Origin: the human T2T-CHM13v2.0 reference genome, Homo sapiens
Reading direction: 5' to 3' (one strand)
Assembly: GCF_009914755.1 (NCBI RefSeq)
Contig: NC_060946.1
DNA: 64,000 bases
How positions within the stretch are numbered: the stretch's first letter is position 1; every line of letters begins with the position of its first letter. This document shows positions 1-15,849 of the stretch, piece by piece. Under the pieces are notes generated by a model. It did not search any database and had not been told where the DNA came from. It was given only the letters and a program-made list of their open reading frames with translations. The position numbers were made by a program, and so were the translations under genes.

Positions 1-372
1 CTTTGTCCAGTGTCTCCTCATCAGCAAGGCCTTCCCCGACAGCCCTGAATAAAATAGCAACCCCATCCATGCCATCTGCATCCTGACCTTTTCCATTCCT
101 TTCTCCTGCTGTATGTTTCTTTACAACACCTACCACCATCTACAGGACTGCTAAATAGGGGAGTGTGGATTGGGTCTGGGGTAGGGGAAGAGTGACAGGA
201 CGAAGTTTTCTTTTACACTCACCAAGTGCCCACAAACTGTGAACCAGCCATGTTTGCCATCAGGGAGGCCAAGTCTCTAATTTACACAAAAACAACAAAT
301 GGGCTGTCAGATATACCCTGACCATCTACTACATTATATGTATCCTTGTCTGTCTGTTTTTATCTGTCTCCC

Positions 373-1240
<868 letters not shown>

Positions 1241-1309
1241 CACCCCCAACTAGGGTGTCTGCTTCGTGAGGTCAGAGGCACACTCTGCTTTGCTCACTGC
1301 TGTCTCCTT

Positions 1310-1750
1310 CTATTAGACACCTCTTCTGCAGCCGGACACTTGGTCTGCTCCACTTGCTGTAGCAACCAGCTGTGTATGGCTTCTGCCTGGCTCCACGTGG
1401 CACAATCCAGCAGTCCTCCTCTGACAGCCACACCTGTATGACAGCAGACTCTGTGAGACCCTCTTGGTGCCCACACTGCCCAGAAGTACAGGAAAGTTGC
1501 ACTTGGTGCAAGCCTTTGACCAACAGGAGATGGGAACCAGCCATGAGGGCTTCCTCTGTTCTCTCCCAAGTGGACTTTTTTCAGTCACATCTTTCCTACT
1601 TCTCCAGTGACAGCCTCATGAGACTGAGCAATCCATTGCACTTGATAACAAGCAGCGGCCATGCCCGTGACCCTAGGTAACACTCCCTAATAAAGTCATA
1701 GCACATGCGCTTTTGCCTCAGACTCCGCTTTCTAGGGATAGCATACTGAA
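1310..1750 (+). mobile_element. old ERVL LTR (LTR16-like)
   Basis: 3' end ctccctaataaa...gcctcagactccgctttctaggga resembles LTR16-family U5; interrupts the L2. Confidence 0.55.
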
Positions 1751-2226
1751 CCCAGAACAATGCCTGTCCCATCAGTGGGACTGAAGGAGTAGCTGTTGAA
1801 AGAATGAATACCTTAATTTAATGAATTCCTGGATCAGGAAAAGGGTTCTTTCTGGTAGCCTCTAGGTATTTCCTGTTCTGAAGCAGTCTCCAGGTTGGGA
1901 TGGGGTGGGACCAACAGAGGAACAGATATTTGTTTGCTATATCCTACTTCATACCAAATAAAGGAACCAAGGTGGCTTACAGAGATGAATATAGTAAAAC
2001 AGATTTTTAAATAAGAAAATCAAAGCAAAAGGAAATAAGGTGAAAATACAAGATGAATTCACTTAAGCACATGAAAAGCATCCATAAAGCCTTGTAGGAG
2101 GTAGGTTGGAGAGCTGACTTAGAGATTCCCAGCACCGAAAGCAAAGAGGAAAATCTCGGCATTATTATAATGTCCCTCATTGTTCAAAGCATTAAATACA
2201 AACTAATCAGCAGAATAAAAGGTTTC

Positions 2227-2350
2227 GACTGGGTGTGGTGGCTCATGCCTGTAATCCTAGCACCTTGGGAGGCTGAGGCAGGAGGATCACTTGAGGCCAG
2301 GAATTAGAGACCAGCCTGGGCAAGATAAGGAGAACCTGTCTCATAAAAAA
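2227..2350 (+). mobile_element. Alu left monomer (FLAM-like)
   Basis: Single Alu left arm followed directly by a purine microsatellite. Confidence 0.85.
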
Positions 2351-2598
2351 GGAAGGAGGGAAGGAGGGAAGGAAGGAAGGAAGGAAGGAAGGAAGGGAGG
2401 GAGGGAGGGAGGGGAGGGAGGGAGGGAGGGAAGGAAGGAAGGAAGAAGGAAGGAAGAAGGAAGGAAGAAGGAAGGAAGAAGGGAGGGAGGGAGGAAAGGA
2501 GGGAGGGAAGGAGGGAGGAAGGAAGGAAGGAAAGAAGGAGGGAGGGAGGGACGGAGGGAAGGGAAGAAGGAAGGAAGGAAGGAAGGAAGGAAGGAAAT
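2346..2598 (+). repeat. (GGAA)n/(GGGA)n polypurine tract
   Basis: About 250 bp of A/G with a single C. Confidence 0.97.
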
Positions 2599-3217
2599 AA
2601 TAGTTTTCCTTGGTGCAGGAACCTGAGAGAAATTACTCCCCAATAAAGGGGAAAGCATGAATGGTAATGGACAACACTTTCAATATATCCTACAACAAAT
2701 ACAAAGACCTATTTTTTGTCCCAGTTTCTTATAATGTCCTTCAATTATGGCCAATATGAAAACAATTCTACAAGGAGTCAGTAAAGTCTAAATGCATACC
2801 CTCTCTGATGTCTGGCTTGATCCAGGGACAAAATTGATAAGAAATAGGTAGTGATTCTTTACTACTTAGGAGTTGTGGGCCACTCTGAAAATCCAATTAT
2901 AGAGGCATGTCAAAAACATGTCCTGAAAGAGATAACACATTTTCTGAATCCCAGTTCCAGTTCCCGGGAAGTCCTGCTGTATTGATATATATCCTGGCAT
3001 TCCATTAGAGCGGAATAATAACAATAACAACAGTGACATTCATAATAAATGATAATAATAAGAGCAGCAACAACAAACACTTATTATATAGTGCTACATA
3101 ACAGGTTTGTTTTTAAGCACCCGGATGAATTTTGGAAACTCCTCCCCGAGGCACACACTAATTTTTCTTGAGAAAGTTGTGCAGATTTTCTTTCCTTAGG
3201 CAATGAGTAGGCATTAA

Positions 3218-3886
<669 letters not shown>

Positions 3887-4057
3887 CCCATGGTAAGCTC
3901 CTTTAAGAAGTGGAATGAGACAAAGAAACCCTTTTTCAGGAGACTCTGTCTCCTGCAAAGCTAAGCAAGCTGATATGGAAGAGACGAGAGGCAGGAAGAC
4001 CTGTGGAGCAGGGGTTACAGCAACCTTGGCACCAAGTTATGCAGACAGGAGATTAAA

Positions 4058-4720
4058 ATACATATATATAGTGTGTATGTATATACACATATATGCATAT
4101 ATGTATATATACACACCACATATATACGTGTATATACACGTATATATGTGTATATACATATATATGTATACATATGATTATACACATATATACGTATATA
4201 TATGATTATACACATATATACATATATGATTATACGTATATATACGTGTATATGATATGTATACACGTATATATACGTATATACACGTATGTATACACGT
4301 ATATATACGTATATACACGTATATATACACATGTATACGCATATATACACATGTATACGTATATATACACATGTATACGTATACACATATATACGTGTAT
4401 ACGTATATATACACATATATACGTATATGGGTATATATATACACACATATACGTATATGTGTATATATACACATACATATGGATATATATACATATATGT
4501 AGATATATATACATATATACACATATGTAGGTATATATACATATATACACATATGTGTATATACACATACACACATATATGTATATATGTGTATATACGT
4601 ACATATGTGTGTATATATACGTATATATGTACATGTATATATGTGTATATATACATATATGTATGTATATATGTGGTGTATATATATACACATATATATA
4701 CACACACACACACACATACA
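4058..4720. repeat. Compound (TA)/(CA)/(TG)/(TACG) purine-pyrimidine microsatellite
   Basis: About 660 bp of near-continuous RY alternation. Confidence 0.97.
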
Positions 4721-5048
4721 GAAGCATTAAGAACATCTGATAATTTGATGAAAGGAGCTGTGGAGAGGGAAGTTAAATATAGATGTCCTTGCATACATTG
4801 CTTTCTTCTGGGCTTCGGTCTCCCCATTTGTAATACAAAGGACTCAGTCTCTGATTCTCTAATAATACGAGCTAGCACTTGGGAGCAGAGGCAGTGCCAT
4901 AGTGAGTGATGTTATTATGTGTTGATTGATTTAAATTGCTGGCCTTGAGGTGCTACAAGAGCCTTCTGAACACAAGTGAAAGATTAAATTACAGTCACTC
5001 CAGCTTTGTGGCTGAGTGTCTTTTCTTTATTCATCAAGAAGTTCTAGG

Positions 5049-5360
5049 GACCAGGCGCAGTGGCTCATGCCTGTAATCCCATCACTTTGGGAGGCCGAGG
5101 TGGGTGGATCATGAGGTCAGGAGATCGAGACCATCCTGGCTAACATGGTGAAACCCGTCTCTACTAAAAATACAAAAAAAAAAAAAAATTAGCCAGGCGA
5201 GGTGGTGGGCGCCTGTAGTGCCAGCTATTCAGGAGGCTGAGGCAGGAGAATGGCATGAACCCAGGGGGTGGAGCCTGCAGTGAGCGGAGATCGCGCCACT
5301 GCACTCCAGACTGGGCGACAGAGCAAGACTCCATCTCAAAAAAAAAAAAAAAAAAAAAAA
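5049..5360 (+). mobile_element. AluY
   Basis: ccatcctggctaac and tggcatgaaccc diagnostics; A tail; TSD core agttctag. Confidence 0.95.
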
Positions 5361-6009
5361 GTAGTAATAGTTCTAGAAAGGCTATCATGTGCAGTACCCT
5401 GAGCTGGGTACTCTGAAATAAAGATGCAGCCCCTGGCCTGGAAGAGCATCCAGGCTGCAGCCCCTACCCATGGGGGAAGAGCAACGCCTTCCAGGTGCTC
5501 AGAGCCTAGCCCAGGAGACAAATACACAAAGAACCAGTGGATACCCGACATGGGTGAGCTGCCTGAGCTTGTACCTGGGCTCTGCAGGCTCAGAAGAGGG
5601 TCTGATGGATTCTAACGCTGCTGCTTAGAAACAGGTTCTTGTTCATTGGAAAACAGGAAAAGCCGTGAAGATGATTTCGTTCTCTTGAAAACAAGTTAAA
5701 TCTTGAAACCTTATTACATGGGGAGAAATGTCACAGGGATTTGAACGCCGTTAAAAAATAATCAGGGCTCTTAAGCACATTTGGCTTTTTTATTGCCTAT
5801 GTTCCAGCAACCACAAACTTCTGTCAAAAAATAAATAAATAGCCAAATGCCAATGTCAACTTTGAGAGATGGCCTGGTGGGGAAGGAAGAAAAAAGGACA
5901 GGGACTTCGTCTAGTCTGTCCTAGGCAAGTTATAACAGCTCCTTGGATTTTAATTTCCTTGTGCATAAAATATCTGTAACTATTTATGCCCCACTTCTCT
6001 CATAAGCTT

Positions 6010-6240
6010 CACAACTACCATTTATTGAACACCTATGATGAGGCAGATACTGTACTAGGAAGTATGCATGTATTTATCATCTCGATTCATCTCTGCAGTG
6101 TCAGAGCAAGGACAGGTGGTCATTATTCCGCTGTGGCCAAGGCCACAGAGGGTTGATGTAACTTTCTTAAGTTCAAAAGCTGCGTGGGGTGGAGCTATGT
6201 TCTGAAGCACAGCTGTCTTGCTTCAAAATCTGTGCAACTG
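6010..6240 (-). mobile_element. MIR
   Basis: catttattgaacacct...gtaactttcttaagttca degenerate MIR. Confidence 0.55.
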
Positions 6241-6381
6241 GAGCCATCTTTGGGAGTCTGGAACTCCAAGAAAATAAACCTGGTGAATCCACCCTAATTG
6301 TGAAGAACCTTGACCACAGGGCTGAGAAACATGCTTGAAGCATGTCCTCTCCTGACCTCGGCAACTCTGCAGATGATACTA

Positions 6382-6716
<335 letters not shown>

Positions 6717-7169
6717 TTAGCACTTGCAACCAAGTCAGCAGGTACCTGTGAAGTCACAAGTGGATGGAGTTGGATGTTACCTCCCACCTCCACCGCCCTC
6801 CCTCCTGCCTCAACCCCCTCTAATGGGAAGGGGCTGTGCTTTCCAGTCCAACCCCCACCTCCACAGAACCAAGCATGCAGGCAGACCCACAAAGGAATCC
6901 TGAATTAGCTCGACCTGCCTCCCAGCTGCTGGATGAGCCTAATTAGACCAAATTAATAATTTATTCAAGCAAAATGAGACATGCCAAGACTCTCCAGGGA
7001 GGCTGTAAAATGATAATGCCTTCTTATTAGGGAAATGTGTCAACACCCCATGCAAACTCTGGGTCTGGGATAGAAGCAGGAGGCTTGACTTGATTCACCT
7101 TGTGAGGACAGCTCCTGGGTCCTTCCACCTGCATCTCCCCATGTGTGGTATCTCCTGTCTCATTACGCA

Positions 7170-7290
7170 CTCCTCCTCCTTCTTCATACCCCTTCCTTCT
7201 CCTCTTCTTCCTTCCCCGGTAATTCTCCCCCTCCTTCTGCTCCTCCACCTCTCTTCCTCCTCCTTCTCCTCCCTCTCCCGCTTCTTCACC
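7170..7290. repeat. CT-rich polypyrimidine tract
   Basis: Low-complexity C/T run. Confidence 0.8.
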
Positions 7291-7789
7291 CTGACACCTC
7301 ATTAACCTAAACTTTCAAATCATTCTCCCCACCAGAAAGGAAAGCCGGATGACAAGCTAATATTTCCATGTCACACACTGAGTGATTCTTACATAAAAAT
7401 TAACAGGCACTTGACAAAGTCATAATTACTAACTAATGATGCATTATGCAATTTCCATAATTAGTCATGTTATTGATATTTCCTCCCAACCACAGAGATG
7501 GGGGGGGGGCACCTTTATTTATAGCTAGAGAAATGGCTAATCTGTGTGCAGGTTGTTGAGAGAGAATCTATAGAAAACAGTTCCCTTCTCACACACACCC
7601 AGACCCAGCACCTGCCCTCCAGTCCCCTCTGGAGCTGGTTTCTGTCTTCAGAGCAACAGGAACAAACTGATTAATCATGAGCAAGGATTAATCGAAGACA
7701 TTGAAACATAGCACTGGGGCAAAGTTTTCAAGTATCCCAGCCATGTGAGGCATACCACAAAAGCAGATGTGGAAACTGAAAACTTTCAT

Positions 7790-8150
7790 AGAACTTTGCA
7801 AACAGCCTCCTTCACCCCTCATCTCACAGCAATCCTCCTGAAGCCCGCATCTATTAATCCATTTTTCAGGTGAGAAAACTAAGGCTTGCAGAAGTGAAAC
7901 AATGTGCCCAAGTGCACAGTGGGCATGCGCAAAGCTGGGATACAAATGCATATCTTCCAGTTAAAAGCCTGGGAGGCAGTGCTGTACGGTGGATTCAGAT
8001 AGCAAGTTCAAACACTCCCTCCCAGCAGCTCTGCTGTCTTAGGCAAATTACCAACTTCTCTCAGCCCTGGTTTCCTCCTCCTTAAAATGAAAAATAAAAA
8101 AAGCAAAAACAAAAACCATATTACAGAGTGTTGTTATGATTAAATAAATC
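7790..8150. mobile_element. Two MIR fragments (minus, then plus)
   Basis: caggtgagaaaactaaggc and cttaggcaaattaccaacttctctcagccctggtttcctc cores. Confidence 0.65.
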
Positions 8151-8229
8151 CCTCGCTATCACATAAGTGGTATTACATGTGACATTATGTGACCCTATAT
8201 TACATTATATCACATGATGTTATGTTATA

Positions 8230-8380
8230 CATCTTTTTGTTTCATTGTTCATTGCTTGTATTCCTCCCTAGACTATAATCCTGTGGGCAAGTACTTGGGT
8301 TGTTTGCTGTTGTATTTCCCTATCTGGAACAGTGTCTGGCACATATTAAGTGCTCCGAGAATGAAAGAATAAATGAAATG
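8230..8380 (+). mobile_element. L2 3' end
   Basis: gaacagtgtctggcacatattaagtgctc...gaatgaaagaataaatga. Confidence 0.7.
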
Positions 8381-8704
8381 CTTAGTATGTTGCCTGGGCC
8401 ATCATTGACACTCAGTAAAACAAGTCTCTTTCTCTCCCTGTTGCCACAGCCAGAAGCTTTGCCTGGCTGTGGTCAGGCTGGACAGGGCTTTGATCTCCCC
8501 AACATAAACTGGCCTAATTTGAGATGGGGAATCTCACAGGGACAAGACCAAGCCTCCAATCCAATCAGCCACTGTTTGTCTAATGACCATCGGCACGGAG
8601 ATTGCTCTCTGGATGATCACACAAGCGGATGCTGCAGGCCCCTTGTCTTTGCTGCTTACCCACAAGGGGAGAGACTGCAGGTGAAGATCAAAAATAGAAC
8701 CACC

Positions 8705-9123
<419 letters not shown>

Positions 9124-9525
9124 TTATGCCACGCAGAGACAGTGAATTGGAGTTCCCAGAATGCGCCATATTTCTGCATCTCCACACGCTTGCACATGTT
9201 GCTCCTTCTACCTGGGATGCCCTTGTCCTCTTGTCCACCTGCTGAACAACTACTCAACCTTCAAGACTCAGCTCTGATGGAGCCTCCTTTAGAAAGAGTT
9301 CCTTGAGCCCTCTAAACACAGATAAGCACCTCCTGTTGATTTAACCTCTGATCACTCTATAGGAAGATGAATTATCCAAATATACACATGCAGGCACCTA
9401 CTGTATGCAGAGCAGTCTGCTAAGCTTGGTGAAGAATATAATGACTGCCCTCAAAGAACTTACCAGAGTACTCTAGTTATGGGGTGGGGCAGGGGACACA
9501 AAACCTACTTTTCAGTGGAAAAACA

Positions 9526-9985
9526 TTAGATTAAATCATATGAAATTGCCATTTTAGTAAGTGATATGGTTTGGCTGTGTCCCCACCCAAATCTCATCTT
9601 GAATTGTACTCCCATAATTCCCATGTGTTGTGGGAGGGACCCAGTGGGAGATAATTGAATCATGGGGCAGTTTCCCCCATACTCTTCTCTTGGTAGTGAG
9701 TAAGTCTCAGGAGATCTGATGGTTTTATCAGGGGTCTCCACTTTTGCGTCTTCTTCATGTTCTCTTTGCCTGCTGCTGCCATCCATGTAAGATGGGACTT
9801 GCTCCTCCTTGCCCTCCACCATGATTGTGAGGCTTCCCCAGTCACGTGGAACTGTAAGTCCAATTAAACCTCTTTCTTTGTAAATTGCTCCATCTCGGGT
9901 ATGTCTTTATCATCAGCATGAAAACCGACTAACACAGTTAAGTCAAAATGGCTGAATATTGGTAATTCCATATGGTACAACCTAA
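9526..9985. mobile_element. MADE2 mariner MITE split by a THE1 LTR
   Basis: Inverted ends ttagattaaatcatatgaaattgcc / ggtaattccatatggtacaacctaa. Confidence 0.75.
9562..9936 (+). mobile_element. THE1-type MaLR solo LTR
   Basis: tgatatggtttggctgtgtcccc ... gactaacaca. Confidence 0.92.
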
Positions 9986-10117
9986 TAATTAACAATGCAA
10001 GCTTACCTATAAGCAACCTCATTTCCTAATATCTGCATAGCATTTTCACTTTGCAGGATGCTTTCATGCCCATGATCTCATGTGAGCCTCACACTCTCTC
10101 TGCGCCTTAGGCACTTT

Positions 10118-10290
<173 letters not shown>

Positions 10291-10552
10291 TAGACACTTT
10301 TGTTGTCCCCATTTTACAGAAGAGAAAACTGACGCACAGGGTCAGTGACTTCCCCAAGGTTCCTGCAGTTAGTAAAAGGCCAAGACAGAACTTGATCCCA
10401 TATCATCTGAATCCTAATATGATGCTCATGTATATTGCTCAAGGTTAAACAGACCACTCATGCTGAAGGGGTTGGAGAAGGTATAGAAGGAGGAAATCAG
10501 AAAAATACAGGAAATTTCATAAAATTGAGAGTTGTGCAGGGATGGGAACTCA

Positions 10553-11460
10553 TCAATCATTCATTTGGCCAATACTTATTATGCAACTACTAGGTGGTAG
10601 GCCCTAAGCTAGACACCAGAGAAACAGAGTTGATCTAAGAAAATAAGGTCCCTACCCCCACGGGGGGGCAGGGAAGACAACTGTAAGCAGGTAAATAAAT
10701 GATAAGGTACTCTCAGAAAATCATTAAGTGCTATGAAGAAAATAAAACAGAATATGTAATGAAGAGTAGGGGATGGGTGAGTGAAGGAGGCCTGAGAGAG
10801 GTGAGCAGGGAAGGCCTCCTAGGCACGTTCCCTGTGTGCCGAAAAGAATGGGACCAAGCAGAGTTCTAAGGGAAGAGCATTTCAGGAGGGTAATTGATAT
10901 GGTTTGGCTGTGTCCCCACCCAAATCTCCTCTTGAATTGTAGCTCTCACAATTCCCATACTTCGTGGGAGGAATCTGGTGGGAGGTCATTGAATCATGGG
11001 GGCGGGTCTTTCCCATGCTGTTCTCGCGATAGTGAATAAATCTCACAAGATCTGATGGTTTTTTAAAGGGGAGTTCCCCTGCACAAGCTCTCTCTTGTCT
11101 GCCACCATATAAAACATCCCTTCCTATTCTGCCATGAATGTGAGGCCTCCCTAGCCATGTGGAATTTTGAGACAAATAAACCTCTTTCCTTTATAAATTA
11201 CCCAGTCTCTGGTATGTTTTATCAGCAGCGTGAGAACAGACTAATACAGTAGTCAATGCAAAAACCTTGAGGTTAGAATGAGTTTGGTGTCCAAGGTCAG
11301 AGACAAGGGCAGTGTGACTGAAGCAAGGGACAAAGAGGGAGTGGTATGAGATGAGGTCTCAGCTTGCATGAATCAAGTCAGAGAATACTTCCTGGGGAAA
11401 GTAAGCTGTAACCCAGACTGCAAAGGCAGAGTAGGATTTGGAGAGGGAGCAAGCAAAGAG
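10553..11460 (-). mobile_element. L2 split by a THE1 LTR
   Basis: tcattcatttggccaatacttatt... antisense L2 3' region resuming after the LTR. Confidence 0.65.
10895..11248 (+). mobile_element. THE1B/C-type solo LTR
   Basis: tgatatggtttgg...ctaataca; TSD gtaat/gtagt. Confidence 0.92.
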
Positions 11461-12229
11461 GGAGAGAGCTCCACCACAAACATCATCTCTGATCTCTGGC
11501 TGGTCCACTGACTCAGCAGGGGCAGTGATCATCACCAACCACAGTTTCTTGATGAAGAAATTTCATCAGGATGAAGTGGTTGGATTTAGACTGCAGAACA
11601 CACATTTCCAGGAGTTTCAATCATTGTCTTCATCTTCAATTAACTCACTGTTCATAGAAGAAGAATAAAGTTTGTGGCACTCCAAAGTGTTGAATCTGGA
11701 GCCTTGACCAATGGGTGGAAGCTTCAGAATAGCAAATTGGATGCAACAGATAGAGAAACAGGCAGAGCTGAACTCCAAGACAATGGGCTTATGCAGAAAG
11801 CAATGAGAGTCTCGGCCTTGGAGGCATGCCAGCCAAGGCCCGAGCAGCACCTAACAGGGATCTGAGAGAGAGCTGAGTGTCAGAGGAGGTTCCAAAAGGA
11901 TGACTTTAACTACAGTGATCCTACATTGCAGTTCACCCAACAGTCCCTGTTATGCTTGTTGTCCCCATGTAGTTGTCATTACTGCTATTTCCTTCCTAGA
12001 AGGTCCCAGAATGGGAAATAAATGATACGGACCCCTAACTCTAAGGCCCCTCTCAACTCTGACACTCTGTGATTCTCTTTCCTATCATGTCGCCTCTCTC
12101 CAGCCTCTTCAGCTGTCATCCTACAGTATTTGCTTAAATATCCCTTCCACCAGGGGCCCTGTCCTCGGTCCTCTGAAACTGCTGGTTCCAACTGCCCAGC
12201 AGTCCTTCTGCTGTAATGCCAGCCTGAGT

Positions 12230-12550
12230 TTCCTTTGGGAAACCTGCTCTTCATTCTCTGGGAGTGGGCACGGGACTCCACCTGGCCAATCAGAGCATGC
12301 CGACCATCCTCCTGACCAGGTCATCAGTGTGGGGTTGATGATGCCACCTTGACAGTCTGCTGAGAACAAAGCTCACACAGGGGCAAACTGAGCAGAGGCA
12401 TCGTGCTAAAGCCAATTTGAACAACAGGATGCACCCATGCCTGAAGCCAACCCCAACCCCAGCTTGTCACTTACCTGAGCCGGTAACACCCCCTTTTGGT
12501 TAACCCAGTTGAGTGAGGTTTCTGTCATTTGCAGAGGAAAGACAATCTGG
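12230..12550 (+). mobile_element. old MLT1-type LTR
   Basis: tggccaatcagagca, ccatgcctgaagcca, gtttctgtcatttgca motifs. Confidence 0.5.
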
Positions 12551-12744
12551 CCCCCACCCAGTCTAGGCCCCCTGCTGTGTGTCCTCAGAGCACCCTGCAC
12601 TTTTCCTCTGAATAGTTATGTCATCCTTCATTCTAAATCCAGGCTGCACATCTGACTCCTACAAAAGCAGAAGTGCCATGAAAGCAGGAACATCTGCCTA
12701 AACCCTCCCAGTCCAGATGGGAGCATGGGCCACTTCTTCCCATC

Positions 12745-13065
12745 ATGGGGGCCTCCACTCAAAAGTGACCTCCTTGGGGAAGCTGCCTCTGACCACCCTG
12801 TCTAAAACAGCTCCTCCAGTGATGCTCTTCTTCCCAGGCCACCGGCTTCTCTTCAGAGCACCTTTCCTGTCATTTTGCAACATGTCACTCTAGATTACCT
12901 CTCTGTTAACCTATTATCTTTCTCCCCACAATAACGTAACTGAAGTCACTGGCTCGTAGCAGGGACCTTGTTGTTTGATTTTCCACTGTCTGCACAATGC
13001 CTGGCATAGCCAGGGCTTCTGATAACCATGGTGAATGAATGAGCAGGAGTGAATGAAGGAATGAA
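12745..13065 (+). mobile_element. L2 3' end
   Basis: ctgaccaccctgtctaaa...tgcctggcatag...gaatgaatga. Confidence 0.7.
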
Positions 13066-13174
13066 GTGTCAGCATGGGAATTAGTTGAAATCATGAGTGG
13101 AACAAGCATAACAAAGTGCCTTGGTAAAACTGAAGGTTCAATAAGTGTGAGCTGCTCTTTCTATGGCTTCTACT

Positions 13175-13770
<596 letters not shown>

Positions 13771-14597
13771 TAATCGCTAAATAGCCTTTGCATCATGCAG
13801 GTAAAAAAAAAGGCAGAGTCACTGCTCTCAGAGTAGACCAGATACATGAAATAGTGTGAGTGCCCTGCACATAAGTGCTTAATAAATTAATGCATCATTC
13901 ATTGAATTGAGGGGAGGAAGATAGAGCCACTCTGGCCACAGAATTCAAACCTGCTTTGTTCCCTCACTGGTCAGCATAAATTTACCCTCATTCAAGCTAA
14001 GAGGTAATTTACACCGTAATTTCAGCTTCCTGCAACTTCAGAGGAATCGATGGAAAGGCAGCCTTACCTAAGATCTTTTCCTTTGAAAAGAGATGTGGGA
14101 AGAGGTGGGTGTGCAGGGAGGAGGCAGAAAGGAACTGTTGATTATATTCAAGATTATATTTGAAATAATTTATAAAGTGTCACATGGTAAATGGGCCTTT
14201 AAATGGAGCCTGATACTCCTTCAAACTGCCATTTCTCTCCTTTCCATTCATGAGAAGTGTTCTCGCCGCACTCTCTCCTCCCCCGACGTCTGAGCAGTGT
14301 ACAGGCACATTTCAGAGGAGCCAAGAATTAAATCAAAATTACATTTCTCTCGCCGTCTCTTGGACGAGTGAAACGGTTCATTCTTATTGGCTCCTGGAGG
14401 CTCAGGGGGCCAGGGGAGGGTTGATAATATTGCTGTGTATTCATAGCCCACTGTTCAGCAAGGAGGGCCTGCAAGCATTATCTTGCAGCAGGCTGTGTTA
14501 TTAACTGGTAACGAGCTTTCAGCCGTAAGTCACAGGCTGGAATGAGGCCCCTGAGGTGAGTGAGAACTGAAAGCTGCTTCTAAAAATGGCTAGATCA

Positions 14598-14895
14598 GGC
14601 CAGGCACAGTGGCTTATGCCTGTAATTCCAGCACTTTAGGAGTCCGAGGTGGGAAGATTCCTTCAGTCCAGGAGTTTGAGACCAGCCTAGGCAACAAAGC
14701 AAGACCCGATCTCAATTTTTTTTAAAAAAAAGAGAAATTAGCTGGGCATCGTGGTGCATGCCTGTAGTCCCAGCTACACAGGAGGATGGCTTGAGCTCAT
14801 GAGTGTGAGGCTGCAGTGAGCTATGATCTTGCCACTGCACTCCAGCCTGGGCAACAGAGCAAGAGCTTGACTCTAAAAAGAATAAGAAAACAAAA
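14598..14895 (+). mobile_element. AluJ
   Basis: Dimer with a small right-arm deletion. Confidence 0.9.
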
Positions 14896-14967
14896 GGGCA
14901 CGCTCCCTCTCCTGTCTGAAGTTTCTCCTGTAAGATGGAGCTCACAAAGGGAAAGGCAGAGAGGCTC

Positions 14968-15360
14968 TATCAGTTAGGAATGCTTTCTGCTGCCAGTAAC
15001 AGCACGTCTGACTAATATAAACAAGGAGCTCACAGGTCGATTCAGTAGCTCAGTGATGTCAGGGCAGCGTCCCGCCAATCCTCTTGGCCTTTCCCTCATG
15101 ATTATTAGATGGCTGCTATAGCTCCAGACACCACACCCAAGTAGGATGAAAGGGAGGGAAGAGTAAAGACAAATCCACCCATCCCTTTTGCCAGTAAATC
15201 AAAAGCTTTCTCAGAAGCCCTACCCTCACCTCCCAGCAGACTTCCACTCACATCCCACTGGCCAAAATGGGGTCACATTAACATACCTAGCTGCACTCTA
15301 AATTAGTTATCAAATGAGAAAAGTGGGGAGAGGCTGCCACATTAGCCAGCTAACAGTGCA
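14968..15360 (-). mobile_element. old MLT1-type LTR
   Basis: tcagttaggaatgctttctgctgccagtaacag...cccactggccaaaatggggtcacat. Confidence 0.6.
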
Positions 15361-15849
15361 GGGGAGTGAAAAGAGCACTGACCCAGGAGGCAGACAGTTG
15401 GGCTCTTCTACCATCTAGGTCCACGATCCTAGTCTGAGTCTCAGTTTCCTCACCTGTTAAATGGGAAGCATTGAACCAGATAAACTATCTCTCTGACACT
15501 GAGTCAGTTTATGACTTCTACAGAAATACCCCGTGCTGACCTCATGGGGGCCTCCACTCAAGGGTGACCTCCTTGGAGAAGCTGCCTCTGACCACCCTGT
15601 CTAAAATAGCTCCTCCCCTGCTCCTTGCTCTGGAATTGGCAGCCCAGTTCATTGGTACCAAGTGGTAGGCTGGAGACTCTAGAGCCTAGTTTGAGAGGAA
15701 GGGAGTTAAGACCATAAGAGAGACTGGGGGATCAAGATTTCTCGGTTCTCTTTCCTTGTCCTAAGATTTTGGACATGTCCAGGATAGAGTCTTCCAATTG
15801 AAAGTTATGTAACCTGAAATAATAGTAATAACAATGATGCAAACTTTGA

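Noticed and set aside
2291-2658. ORFs rich in G/R/K/E or L/P/S/F
   Set aside because: Translations of the GGAA/GGGA tract
4015-4909. Long ORFs (up to 287 aa) rich in Y/I/T/V/C/H
   Set aside because: Translations of the RY microsatellite, which lacks stop codons
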